Assembly: GCA_965240325.2 (NCBI GenBank)
Contig: OZ251245.1
Location: forward strand, 930,001-994,000
DNA from: Rebecca billardiae RCC1528
Lineage: Eukaryota; Protista; Haptophyta
Direction of reading: 5' to 3'
DNA: 64,000 bases
The notes under the pieces are model-generated. The model was not told the origin of the DNA. It saw only the letters and a list, made by a program, of their open reading frames with translations, and did not search any database. Made by a program: the position numbers and the translations under genes. This document shows, in pieces, positions 24,439-35,703 of the stretch (its first letter is position 1; every line of letters begins with the position of its first letter).

Positions 24439-25594
24439 TATATAGAGTAATGACCGCGCGTTCCGCGGAATCCTTGGCCGTAGAACCCGAACGTAGTTGG
24501 GGGCCCGCGGTGCACCGCCTCTGTCCGTCAGTGTCTCACTGACTGCCACTGCTGTCCGTCGTGACATGTAGTAGTTCGCGTCACGGCGCCACTGCCCACT
24601 CGGGGCACATCCGGCTGATCCGCACAATGTGATCACGCACTCACAGTTCGGCCTGCCCGAGCACGGTAAGCAGTCGTGACGAATACTACAGTGATGATGA
24701 GCCGTGCCGCACCGCGCACTGCCAATCGCCAATCGGATCTCGTCGGATGAAACAGAACGAATATACTTATAAACTGTCGTCGACGTCTGCGAATCCGGCG
24801 CCGACCCGGCCGGGCCCGGGAGGCGGCCGTCACTCGTCAGCCGAAGCGGGCCAGTTCAAGTTGTGCCGAATGTGCGGTCACGATTGGGTCGATCGGAGGC
24901 CAGTGGACGCTTGCGGCAGCGGCGGCAGCTGCAAGTCGACGCCCGACCACTGTACATCTAGCTAACTAAGCGTTAGCGGGCTCGCCGCTGAGCGCTGGCG
25001 CCGTGGACGACTGGACGACAGCGCTTGTCTCATCATACAATATTAATATACGACTGTAAGGGTACCGTAAGTCGACGAGGTACTTAAGCAGGAAGAGTAC
25101 TTGTATAGCGGGCCACGCGGTCACTCCGAGTCGTCAAGGCGCACTGCCAGGCCCCTGAATATAAATAATTGTTATTATATATAATATGTATATATATGTA
25201 TAATCTAATAATAATATATATATTACGCCGCGTTTCTGAAAGGCTTGGCTTGCGAGCCGGCGAGATCGACACGCGGAGGACAAAAGAAAATCATATTCCT
25301 GCTTCGTCGCACCAATAGACTAAACGAAGATCGGACGGAGATCGTGGTCTTCAGATGCAAGACCTGGAAGCCCCCCTTGGGAGTTTTCAGTTGGGGCTCT
25401 CAACGCGGCCCGGCGAGGCGGACTTCTGAGGATTCTGAGGATCCTGGAGCAGGCGGCCGGCGGGCGAGCACACGACGCCGCCCTGCGGCGGGGAGCCGTC
25501 CGCGCCGTGCACGCTCACTGGCACCCACGTCTCCTCCGCCGCGCTGCTCGCCTCCCGCCGGAGTCCACGTCGTCTGACCGACGCCCGTCGGCAC

Positions 25595-25780
25595 GTGACG
25601 TTCACGTTGCCCACGTCGCGCTCTCAGTGGGAGCGCGACGAGCACGCGCTGCCCGCACCCTTCGATGCTTTCCTCTTCGCATCGGGCGCGCTTGTGCTGT
25701 GGAGCCTGCGCGTGCAGGAGGAGGAGCTCTTTCTCAATCAACGTCGTGCGCGCCCGCCTTCATTCACGCTGCGCCGCGCG
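25595..25780 (+). pseudogene. RMD1/DUF155-like gene fragment
   Basis: DAFLFASGALVLWSLRVQEEELFL resembles the DUF155 FLFxxGxxVxWx..EE..FL motif; the rest of the domain is absent. Confidence 0.4.
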
Positions 25781-25926
25781 GAGGGGGAGAGCGCGCGCGG
25801 CTGGGCGCCGCTCGGCCGGCTGCTGGGCTCGCGCAAGTCGGAAGTTCCGGCGCTCGACCTGACGCTCCCCAGCGAGGAGGCCGAACAGATGGATGTCCCA
25901 GCTGCGGCTCACTGTGAGAGCAGCTT

Positions 25927-26331
25927 GTGGGAGCGGGCTCCTGCACGGCACGGTTTGTAAACAAGGTTGTCGACGCCCAGGGTGGGCTGGCTGCGGTGAA
26001 GCTCAGGGCGTCCACCGACACCAGCGCAGCCAGGCGTGAGGCCCGCCTTCTCAGGAAGCACAGGTACGCGTCCAAGGCGTTGCCTGGATGCAGCATGCAG
26101 CTCACGAGTGCGGCCTCGTCGCCCGCCGCACGGTGCGCCGTTCTACGCGGCCATGAACTCGTACGGAGGCACTCGCGGCGTACGCGGGTAGTGGGGAGGG
26201 CAAGCACAGACTATGGAATTGTCATGTCTTATCACTCTGGCATCGAATCCAAGGTCAGCCCGGGCAGCACGCTCGCGGCAGTGCACGCCGCTGGGTTCAC
26301 CAAATCGGCCGAGGCCCGTGCAGACTCGTGA
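25927..26331 (+). pseudogene. degenerate protein-kinase N-lobe fragment
   Basis: AAVK, REARLL, YGIVMSY and LAAVHAAGF appear in kinase order; no HRD/DFG. Confidence 0.4.
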
Positions 26332-27551
26332 CGATGCCGAGTTGGCGAGTTATTGCAGCGCCGGTGCGCACGGCGCCCCGCGTCAAAGGCCCGCGACGAC
26401 TCTTGGGAGCTTGGCACTAGACGGACGACAGCGCGGTGGGCGTCGTCGTCACTCTGCTGCCCGCCAGTCACTCAATATACAGATGACGATCATCATCAGA
26501 GCATGCAGTCACCGCGTGTCGAACTATCGCGATTGGCGAGTGCCGCCGCCGGACCAGACTCATGTCCCATCACGGGACACGGTGCCATCACGTCTGACGG
26601 ATACTCGGATCTAGCAATAGCGCCAGCAATTCATCTATACGACTTCTAGCGCCGGTCCGACCGGCGGCGGAGACGTTCCGCCGGCGGCGACAGAAGTGGT
26701 GACGCCGCCCGCACTGATGGCGCAGCGCCCGGATCTGACACTGACTTCTGAGTCGGACTCGGATCGGGATGAGGAATTCAGGAAGTAGGTGAACAACGAC
26801 GAGTATAATAATAACGGGCTAACATGCGCGCGCGGCGGCCCGACGTCGGATGAGTCGTCGGAACGAATAATAGGCGGAATAACGTCCTGGAATCGGCACG
26901 ACTCGGCGGCGCGCCACGGCCCGCCGGTACTACTACACGGTCCGATAGTTATACCGCCGTTATTATAGCAGTACGTACGCGGCCGTAATCCCGTATAGTC
27001 GACGACCGGTAGTCGTCGTCGCCGAGCGATCATTCGCGGCGAATCAACACGCGCGGCTCACCGCCCGGCAAAACAAGCGTTGCACTCCACGCTGTGATCC
27101 TCTGGCCCGGTCTTGAGGACGTCGCCGCATAACTCCATCAGCTCAAATGCGACCTGCGGGAGGTGAAAACGGCACATGCCGCGGACGCCAGGCCCTAACG
27201 ACATGATGAGCTTGCCCGCCGCGGACCGGCCCGCCACCACCCTTTTGATGTGCATCCGGCCGATCGACTGCGCAGCGAGTCTGGCCACGCAGAGGCAGCG
27301 TCGTGAAAGGCGTCGCCATCGTCTTCATCCATGTCACCGTCACCGTCGCAAGAGCCGTGGTGAGCGCCTATAGGAAGGCCGGCGACCCCAACCTGCGGCG
27401 CGACGCAAGCCCGGGGCCTGCCGTGTACAGACCAGTGGCCGGGCCCGCATCACAGAGCTGCAGTGTTGGTCGGCTGGAGTTGAATACGATGCCTGGTCTT
27501 TCAGCCCATCTTCCAATCCCCAATCCCACTTGAGTTGCGACCATCGCCAGC

Positions 27552-28270
27552 CCAAGGGCCGTAAGGGCACCCAACTCCCAGTGCGGAGGTTGGGGCGCCT
27601 CTGTTGTGCTCGCCTCCGTGAGTGCCCGCGGTGAGTGGCCCGTCGCCGAAGACGCGGGAGGCGAGGGTGCGGGCATGACGGGGCGCCGCGGCGGGCGGCG
27701 CGCGGCGGGCGGCGCGCGGCGGGCGAGGCGGACAGTGCTGATGGCGAGGCGGAGGTGGAGGCGGAGGTGGGGGCGAGCCGAGCGCAGCTCGGCTGAGGCC
27801 ACCGGACGCGCGACGAGTCGAGCAGCCGACCGCCGGGAACGGAAGTGAGTCAGGCGGACATGGAGGCTGCCCGTAGGGGCCTGCAAGCCAAAGTGCGGGC
27901 GGGCGCCCACGCTTGCCCCTGCGTGCCCGGTGCAAGCAGCCCGAGCGCTCCGTTTGCTGCTGGCGCGCACGGCACGAGTGAGCTCGCGCGCCGCGTTGGC
28001 AACTGCCGATTGCACGGGCCGAGAGGCGAAAGAGGCGAGCCTGGCGGACTCACGCGCGTGTCAGGAGAGCCTTGACCCGCGCCGCTCAGCGGCGAGCCGT
28101 CCGGGTTCGGCATCGCCGCCAGTCATCCAGGCAGAGCGCTCGACGTCGCGCCCTCGCGCAGCGTTTGAAGCACGCCGGCCGGACGCGAGTCGCGAGGCCA
28201 CGAGACAGACAGAGGCACCTCAACCTCCGAGCTGGCCGCACTGGGAGTTGGGTGCCCTTACGGCCCTTGG
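27552..28270. repeat. inverted repeat, arms 27552-27604 and 28209-28270 (possible MITE or foldback)
   Basis: 35-bp perfect IR CCAAGGGCCGTAAGGGCACCCAACTCCCAGTGCGG plus imperfect extension. Confidence 0.75.
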
Positions 28271-28924
28271 CCAGCCGCCGTCTTCGCCATCAGCGTCGGC
28301 GGCTAGCTGCCTTGAACCTCACGGAGCCAGCGAGCCAGCGGCTCCCCTCGCTTTGACGCACTCGAGTCTCGACCCGAAGCCCTTCCGCTCGCAAGCGATC
28401 TCGTCCAGGCCTCGTGGAGGTGGAGAAGGACACAAAAAAGGAGCGAAGATTGCTGAGATGCTAAGGAGATTGCGGCCAAGCCATCATGCCTTCCGGGACG
28501 ACCATTGGCTCGTTTTCTTCCTGATTCCAGTCTTTCGCCTGATGGTATTGAGATAATATGTCTCACTTTGGCGACCGCTCATTTTTCGATCCCCCCCCAA
28601 CCGACCAATGGGAAGGCGGAGCCGCGACTCGCTCTGAAAATGCGTGAATTGTTTCGCGGTCTGGCGGACCGGCCCGTGGAAAAACGCAGCGAGCGCGCTT
28701 CGATCCGGGTGTATCAGGCAGCTTCTCGGCTGCACTCAAGTAGGCTTCTCGCCGGCGCCCGCATCGTCGCTTATTGCCCCGGTGAGGCGGTCATCGCTCA
28801 GGAATACATGTACTATGTAGACTCGTCAGCCCGGCGCCGGCCGGCCGGAGTTGCCGGCGCCCGAGGCCGACACCCGGGCCGACGCGGCCCGCGGGCCCGC
28901 TGGCCTGTGCAGCAGCCCTGCAGG

Positions 28925-29784
28925 TTACAGGAATGGGCCCTGGACATGACGCGTCGGCAGAGTGGTCGCGCAGCTTGATGCACGACGCTGCGAGTCGGGC
29001 TCGGCGTCAGAGAGCATCGGCCGGCGCAGCGCCTCCAGCTCCGATGCCGAACCCTCCGCGCCAGGCCCGCCGCCGGCCGCTCGAGCACAGCCGGCGGCAT
29101 CCCCGGCCCTCGCACGCAGACGGCGCAGGCCGAGCCAGCCTCGCCCGCTCTCAGACTGAGCGCCCGGCTGCGGGGCCCAGGGCTGCTGCTGCCGCGCGCG
29201 CGCATGCGCGACGAGCACGACGGCCCCGAGTAGCGCTCCGAGCGCGTAGATGCCGCGCAGGGGGACGTGCGCGCCCGGACCGCCAGCTGCGCCGCCCCGA
29301 GACGCGCCGACCGAGGCCGCGAGCAGAGGCATGGCGCCCTGCTTGCCGCCTGCGCGCGCGCCCTGCTGCTGCGCCGCCGCCTGACGCCCGCCCTGGCCGC
29401 CCTGCTGGCTGCCGTGGGCTTGCGCCGGCTGCTCGCGCCTGGCTTGGCCCTGGCCCTGCTGCCCGCCTTGGCTGGACGCGCCAGGGCTCTGCGTGTGCGG
29501 GTGAGGCGGGATGTACACGCCCTTCGGGACGTACTTGGTCCAGGGCGCGGGCGGCGACGGCGGCGGCAATGGCGGCGGCGGCACGGGAGGCGGCGGCGGT
29601 GGGCGGGAGGGCGGTGGGTGGGGCGGGGACGGCGGTGGGGAGGGCGAGGGCGGTGGAGAGGACGGTGGCGAAGGTGGGGGCGAGCTCGGCGGCGGCGGCG
29701 GGCTCGGCGACGGCGGCGGTGGCGATGGCGGCGGCGGGCTCGGCGGCGGCGGTGGGCTCGGCGACGGCGGTGGTGGCGATGGCG

Positions 29785-29817
<33 letters not shown>

Positions 29818-30025
29818 ACGGCGGTGGTGGCAATGGCGGCGGCGAGAATGGCGGCGGCGCGGGAGACGGCGGCGGCGATGGAGGTGGCGGCGGCGATGGG
29901 GGATTGGGCGGCGGTGATATCGAGTTGGGCACCCACTTCCGCCAGGGCCACTTAACAGGGTCCGCCGCCGAGCAATGCGCAGCGAGCCCCACCAGCACAG
30001 CTATCGCGAGCGCGCGAGGCGACAT
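28925..30025 (-). CDS. Ser-Pro-rich (extensin-like) type I membrane protein
   Basis: Signal-peptide-like MSPRALAIAVLVGLAAHCSA, long SP(n) tract, hydrophobic GIYALGALLGAVVLVAHA, polar tail. Confidence 0.8.
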
Positions 30026-30185
30026 GGGCGCTGCCGACGCGAATCGGCAATCGCCGTCGTCGACGGCAGCTCGAACGGCAGCGCTTCGTCCGGCCCAGCC
30101 AGCTCGTTCCCAGCCTGAGAATCGACGCATGCATTTCGGCCTGCGAAACGGGCGAGGCGCCCGCCGCGCTGCGCCGGCGGGTTCG

Positions 30186-31334
30186 TCACAGGTGCCCGCC
30201 GCGGGCGGCACGGCGTGCGCGCAGGTGCATCAACGCCGCGTCGAGCACCGGCTGCGCGCACAGCGCGTCGACCACGTCGCGCACGTCAAGATCGCCCTCC
30301 GCCGACACCTCGTCGGGCTCGCGGCCTTCGCGCCGCCGCTCCTCCGCCAGCGCGCCGCCGAGTGCCGCGAGGCTCTCGGCCGCGGGCCACGCGCGCTCGC
30401 GCGGGTTGAGCCACGCGGGCTCGGCTGCGGCCGCGACGCCGCCGGCGTCGTCCTCGGCGCCACGCCCTGCGGATAGCAGCGCCGTCGCGAGCATCCGCGC
30501 GAGCGCCTCGCGACACCTGTCGCGCGCGTCGTCCGCGAGTGCCACCCAGAGGTTCGCCGAGATTGCGATCTCGCTCGTCGTAACCACGGAGTGCCACCAG
30601 TGCTTCGGGCAGACGAGCAGCTCGCCGGGCTCAAGGTCGACGCGGAGCGCGCCGGGCACGAGCCCCAGCTCGCGCTGCGCGCCCGCGCGCCCGCCCAGCG
30701 CGCGCGAGAAGACGCTCGACTCCTCGTATGGCACGCGCGTCGGCTCGAGCGCGCGCGCGGCCGACGGCGGCAGCAGCGTCCACCGCTTCGTGCCGTAGAG
30801 CTGCGCGACGCAGTTGGCGCCGTACGTGTCGTAGTGGCAGGGCGTGTGCGCGCCGCGCCCGCTGAACCAGAGCGTGCTCGCCTCGCCGCTCGCACGCGCG
30901 CCGCCCAGCGGGCCGAGCGTCTCCCAGCGCACCGCGCCCGCCGCCCTCCTCAGCTCCTCGCCCTCTGAGAAGGTCTCGACGAAGCGGTGGTACGAGACGT
31001 AGCCGGTGCAGTCGGGCGGCAGCTGGGCGAGCTCGGCGGCGAGGGCCTCCCAGCCCTCGTCGCGCACGAGCCACGCGGCGAACGCGCCGAGCGCCACCTC
31101 GAGCTCGATGCCCTCGCCCTCGATCTCGTCGCACTCGGCGGCGCCGGCCGAGTGAAAGCGCGCGCGCACGCGCGTCTCGCCGAACTCGGCGGCGAGCGTG
31201 CGAGGCGTCCAGCGAGACGCTGGCCAGCTCGCCAGCGCCCCGGTCACGACGAGTGGCCGCGTGGTCAGGGCGAGGTCACCAGCGGTGGCCTTGGCTTGGT
31301 CCCAGCGCACGCGCTCGACTTCCGCCGCCGCCAT
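30186..31334 (-). CDS. JmjC-domain (cupin-like 8) 2-oxoglutarate oxygenase, HSPBAP1-like
   Basis: TPCHYDTYG (HxD), QLYGTKRWTL, LEPGELLVCPKHWWHSV, PTRVPYEESSVFS. Confidence 0.9.
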   Translation of the reverse strand: MAAAEVERVRWDQAKATAGDLALTTRPLVVTGALASWPASRWTPRTLAAEFGETRVRARFHSAGAAECDEIEGEGIELEVALGAFAAWLVRDEGWEALAAELAQLPPDCTGYVSYHRFVETFSEGEELRRAAGAVRWETLGPLGGARASGEASTLWFSGRGAHTPCHYDTYGANCVAQLYGTKRWTLLPPSAARALEPTRVPYEESSVFSRALGGRAGAQRELGLVPGALRVDLEPGELLVCPKHWWHSVVTTSEIAISANLWVALADDARDRCREALARMLATALLSAGRGAEDDAGGVAAAAEPAWLNPRERAWPAAESLAALGGALAEERRREGREPDEVSAEGDLDVRDVVDALCAQPVLDAALMHLRARRAARGGHL

Positions 31335-31380
31335 GGCCCTTCTGTGATGTCCGCTGACCGCTCGCGATACAGTTTACTAA

Positions 31381-32732
31381 TTCTATGATTTAAAAAGACA
31401 CAGGCACGAGGGCGCAGCTCTCCTGATTCGTCTGTCGAAGTAATGATTGGAGACAGAGGGTGTGAGCGCGTTGGCCGCCGGGTGAGGACCTAGTCGTCGC
31501 CGATGCCGGATCACACGGAGGCAGTAGGTGCCCAGGGATGCCGCTGAAGTATTTGCAGTCGTCGCCAGCCCTTGGTCATCATGTACAGGCAATCGCGGGC
31601 AATAAGGAGCTGTCACGTTAAGAAACTGGGGCTTGCTATCTGCGGATCTGGCCTAGAAACTGAGGCTAGCGATTGGCTGGTTCGCTATACGCATAGTCAC
31701 ACTAAGAACCGGGACTACGTCGTCCCGGCTGACGAGTGGTCCGCCGCCGGGGCGAGGCGCAGTCGGCCCGTCGGGGACGCGGCGCGCGGCCCGACTACGA
31801 GTACAGGCCAAGTCCCGACTTCTCCTGATGACTCACTCCTGGCCAGTGCACCGCAGCATCCATGCAACATCATGCCAGATTTGCTCCAAAAAGGCCCAAA
31901 ATTTTCGTCGGCCTCGCCGGCCGGGCCTAAAAACTCAGCGGGGGGCTCTGCCCCCCTGCGCCCCCCGCGCCTGCGCGGCGGGCGGACCTAGCTAAGAAAC
32001 TGAGACTCCGTAGGCGCTCGGGCTACCGAACGGCTAAGAAACCGAGGCTAGCCGTGAGATCTCTGACTTCTTATTGCCCGCGATTGCCTGTACGCGTCGA
32101 CGTTCCGCAAGGCCGTGTTCGAGTTGCGGATGCAGTGGTGCAGATAGTGGATGGGGTCGCCCTGGACTGTGCCTGAGCTGTGTGCGTCTCTTAACGTGCA
32201 CACTTGGTTAAGGCGTGATTGACGCCATCCACACTGCACAAAGACACCGCCACAAAACAGACCGGCGCAGGCAGGTGAGGGGCGCGTTGCCGCACCTCAT
32301 CGAGGCGGCCATCGCAGCAAGCGGCCGCCCCGCGCTCGGAGGCACGCGCTCGAGAGCGCGCTCTGACACCACACGGGGAGGGTGCTGCACCTGGATGTTG
32401 TATCCCAGCCACCTCGAGAGTGCAGCCACGCCAAACACCTGCCTGCGCTGTGAGCGACGCCGCGTCGACTGATCGAGCCCCAGCCGAAGGGAAGAACTGG
32501 AAGATGAAGGGTGGGCAGGTCCAGATGCCCGGCGTAAACTGCGCGCTGCTCGCCCGCGGAGGCACACCAGGGGCGAAAGGGAGGGGGTGCTGGGCGGGGG
32601 TGCTGGCAGATTCAGCAGCCCGCCAGCGACCGCCACCCATGGGCCAGTCCACCCATGCGCTTTCATCGCGCGCGACACCAGCTGCGTTTATAGCTGTGTC
32701 GCCCCTGCTAATAGGAATACATTCAATATACA
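31381..32732. mobile_element. composite insertion flanked by the 14-bp direct repeat ATACAGTTTACTAA
   Basis: Repeat at 31367-31380 and 32733-32746; contains a homologue of 20661-20941 interrupted by a MITE. Confidence 0.55.
31586..32090 (+). mobile_element. 505-bp MITE, TA TSD (Tc1/mariner-type)
   Basis: 21-bp TIR CAGGCAATCGCGGGCAATAAG, TA on both sides; three copies in window. Confidence 0.93.
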
Positions 32733-32872
32733 ATACAGTTTACTAAGAATAAGAGACGCACACAGCTCAGGCAGGCGAGATTGACGCCCGCCAACTGTCA
32801 CCGCCCATGAAGCCGTACAAGTAAAACCCCCGTCGGACTGGCGCGGGCCGCGCCCGGGTCAAACCGGGGCCG

Positions 32873-33643
32873 ATGGGGCAAGACGAGGCAGCTGCGCGCG
32901 GAGTGCCCGCCGCGCTTGACCGCACCGAGCTGTACGACAAAATGTACACCGAGCACGGGTACAATCAACATGGCGTCACGCACTCGAGACCGATCATCCA
33001 CGGCCCACTGCTCCGGGCGTATCCCAAAGCGACGCGTGGGCAGTACGAAAAGAACGTGCTGGACGTGGGGTGCTCGTACGGCGTGGCAGTGCAGATGCTG
33101 TGGACTCTGGGCTTCTGCGCGTCGGGCACCGACCTGTCATCTGTGCCGATCGCCTACAACAATGCCATGATCAAAATGCCGCAGCCGGTGCTCGACAAGT
33201 GCGGCCCGCTGCCGCGCTTTAAGCAGGGCTCCGCCGCGGCACTGCCGTGGCCGAGCGCGCAATTTCACGCAATCATCAGCACGGACGTGATGGAGCACGT
33301 CCCCAGCGAGCTCGTGCCTGCCGTCGCGACCGAGTTCACCCGTGTCGCGCGAGAGTATCTCATGCTCAACATCGCGACGCAGCCCGACTGGACGGAGCGC
33401 CAGATAGGCACCGGGAAGATGAACGGCACGTTCCTCAAGATGCACGAGAACGTGCACGGGGTGAAGTGGTGGCGGGATCAGTTCGAGGCCACCGGCGCGT
33501 GGTTCTGCACGGCACCCTTCACGAAGAAGAGGGGCCCGCCCACGTGGCCGGGCGAGGCTGTGGGGCAGGATGAGCGGGGAAACTACATCTCTGAAATGCG
33601 GCTCTTGTGCAAGAGGCGCTCTGCGACTGCGACTCGACCATGA
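32873..33643 (+). CDS. class I SAM-dependent methyltransferase
   Basis: VLDVGCSYG motif I, ASGTDLS, GSAAALPW..FHAIISTDVMEHVP. Confidence 0.88.
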   Translation: MGQDEAAARGVPAALDRTELYDKMYTEHGYNQHGVTHSRPIIHGPLLRAYPKATRGQYEKNVLDVGCSYGVAVQMLWTLGFCASGTDLSSVPIAYNNAMIKMPQPVLDKCGPLPRFKQGSAAALPWPSAQFHAIISTDVMEHVPSELVPAVATEFTRVAREYLMLNIATQPDWTERQIGTGKMNGTFLKMHENVHGVKWWRDQFEATGAWFCTAPFTKKRGPPTWPGEAVGQDERGNYISEMRLLCKRRSATATRP

Positions 33644-34413
33644 CCTCAACCTGAGCGGTGAGCCGGGTACGACCCGGGCCTAGCCGATAACGCCCGTGAC
33701 TGCCGGTGCGCTGCACACGAGCGCCGCGGCGTGCGCAGCTTCGAGTTCGCCGGGATGCCCAGGTTGGAGCGTCCGCCTGCGGGACCGGAGAGTGTGGCGA
33801 CTGTCGTCCGTGTCGCGGATAAGACCCGGCTGGAGCCTGTGACAGGCTGACTCGGCCTCTAGTCACTCAGCAGTTACACTTACAATCTGACTGCTGAGTG
33901 ACGATGCCGCATGAGCCCGCATCGCGGCTGCAGAGCCGAGCTGCGCTGGGCAGCGCTGGCGGCCGGGCAGCAGAGTCCGAGACCGACGAGACCGAGCAGT
34001 CGTTCGCGTCAGTGATTGAGATTATTCGCCTTCGGTCGGATCCGTCTCAAAAGTCTCATCCGAGTCCGGCGGCGCCGACTGGGGACTCGGCCGAGCGGCC
34101 GGCCGGGCCCCGGGGCCGGGCCCGGCGGGGGCCGGGGGCCGGGCCCGGGGGCGGGGGCGGCGCCGGCGGGGCGCCGGGCGGGGCCCGCGGACGGTCGGAC
34201 CGGACGGTCTGGCCGGGGCGGCGTTCCCGCCCGGATTCCCGGGCCGCCGACGGGCGCCGTTTCAGTTTGCGCTCCGACGGCTGCCACTGCCAGGGCCGCG
34301 GACGGCCGCGGACCCCTGCGCCTGCGGCGGCGGTCCCGGGGCCGCCGTGCCCCTCGCTCGCATCAGAGTGATTCAGACCATGTCGCTGATCGCAGGCGAA
34401 CTAACTTAAACTA

Positions 34414-34937
34414 CAGGCAATCGCGGGCAATAAGGAGCTGTCACGTTAAGAAACTGGGGCTTGCTATCTGCGGATCTGGCCTAGAAACTGAGACTAGCGA
34501 TTGGCTGGTTCGCTATACGCATAGGCACACTAAGAAACCGGGACTACGTCGTCCCGGCTGACGACTACGAGTCGGGTCCGCCGAGGGCCTGGCCGAGGGC
34601 GAGGCGCAGTCGGCCAGTCGGCGACGCGGCGCGCGGCCCGACTACGAGTACAGGCCAAGTCCCGACTTCTCCTGATGACTCACTCCTGGCCAGTGCACCG
34701 CAGCATCCATGCAACATCATGCCAGATTTGCTCCAAAAAGGCCCAAAAATTTCGTCGGCCTCGCCGGCCGGGCCTAAAGACTCAGCGGGTGGCTCTGCCC
34801 CCCTGCGCCCCCCGCGCCTGCGCGGCGGGCGGACCTAGCTAAGAAACTGAGACTCCGTAGGCGCTCGGGCTACCGAACGGCTAAGAAACCGAGGCTAGCC
34901 GCGAGATCTCTGACTTCTTATTGCCCGCGATTGCCTG
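34414..34937 (+). mobile_element. MITE copy 2 (524 bp, slightly diverged)
   Basis: Same TIR and TA flanks. Confidence 0.93.
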
Positions 34938-35156
34938 TACTACAGGCTGCTACTACGCCTAGCTTATTAGTATTCTGAAAATTATATAACTACGCAGCCC
35001 GATCAATATTACAGTAACATTACAGTAACTGTCAAGAGCATGTCGTCATCATATTTAATAATTTAATTCATCATAAGTTCAGATGACCGTGTCAGGCAAT
35101 TAGTATTATAGTATAACTAGCACTGGCGGTCTAACTGCTTAGATTGTATGTGTGTG

Positions 35157-35355
<199 letters not shown>

Positions 35356-35703
35356 TATTTAATTATAAATAAGTGATGACCCCGATGGCCGCGCGATCAC
35401 GATCCGATTTTCGACTCGTCCGATGCATCACTTGCATGCTCAGAATCAGATCGGCACTGAATTCTTGGCTTTCGAGTAGTCAGTGGAGGCGTCCGCTACG
35501 GGCTACGGCCCTTGACGATGTCCTTGATGAGGCTCAATGGTGACAATGCTGATTAATGAGGCCGCCCCGGCGGCCGCGCCTGCGCTGTGCTCATCAGTCA
35601 GTCTTCGTCACCAGCCGAGCGAGCCCGGAGCGACCAACGGTTTGTCATCTCGCTCCGTCGCGCGACGCGTGCGCAACGGTGTGAGTGCGGCGCTGCTTGC
35701 ACG

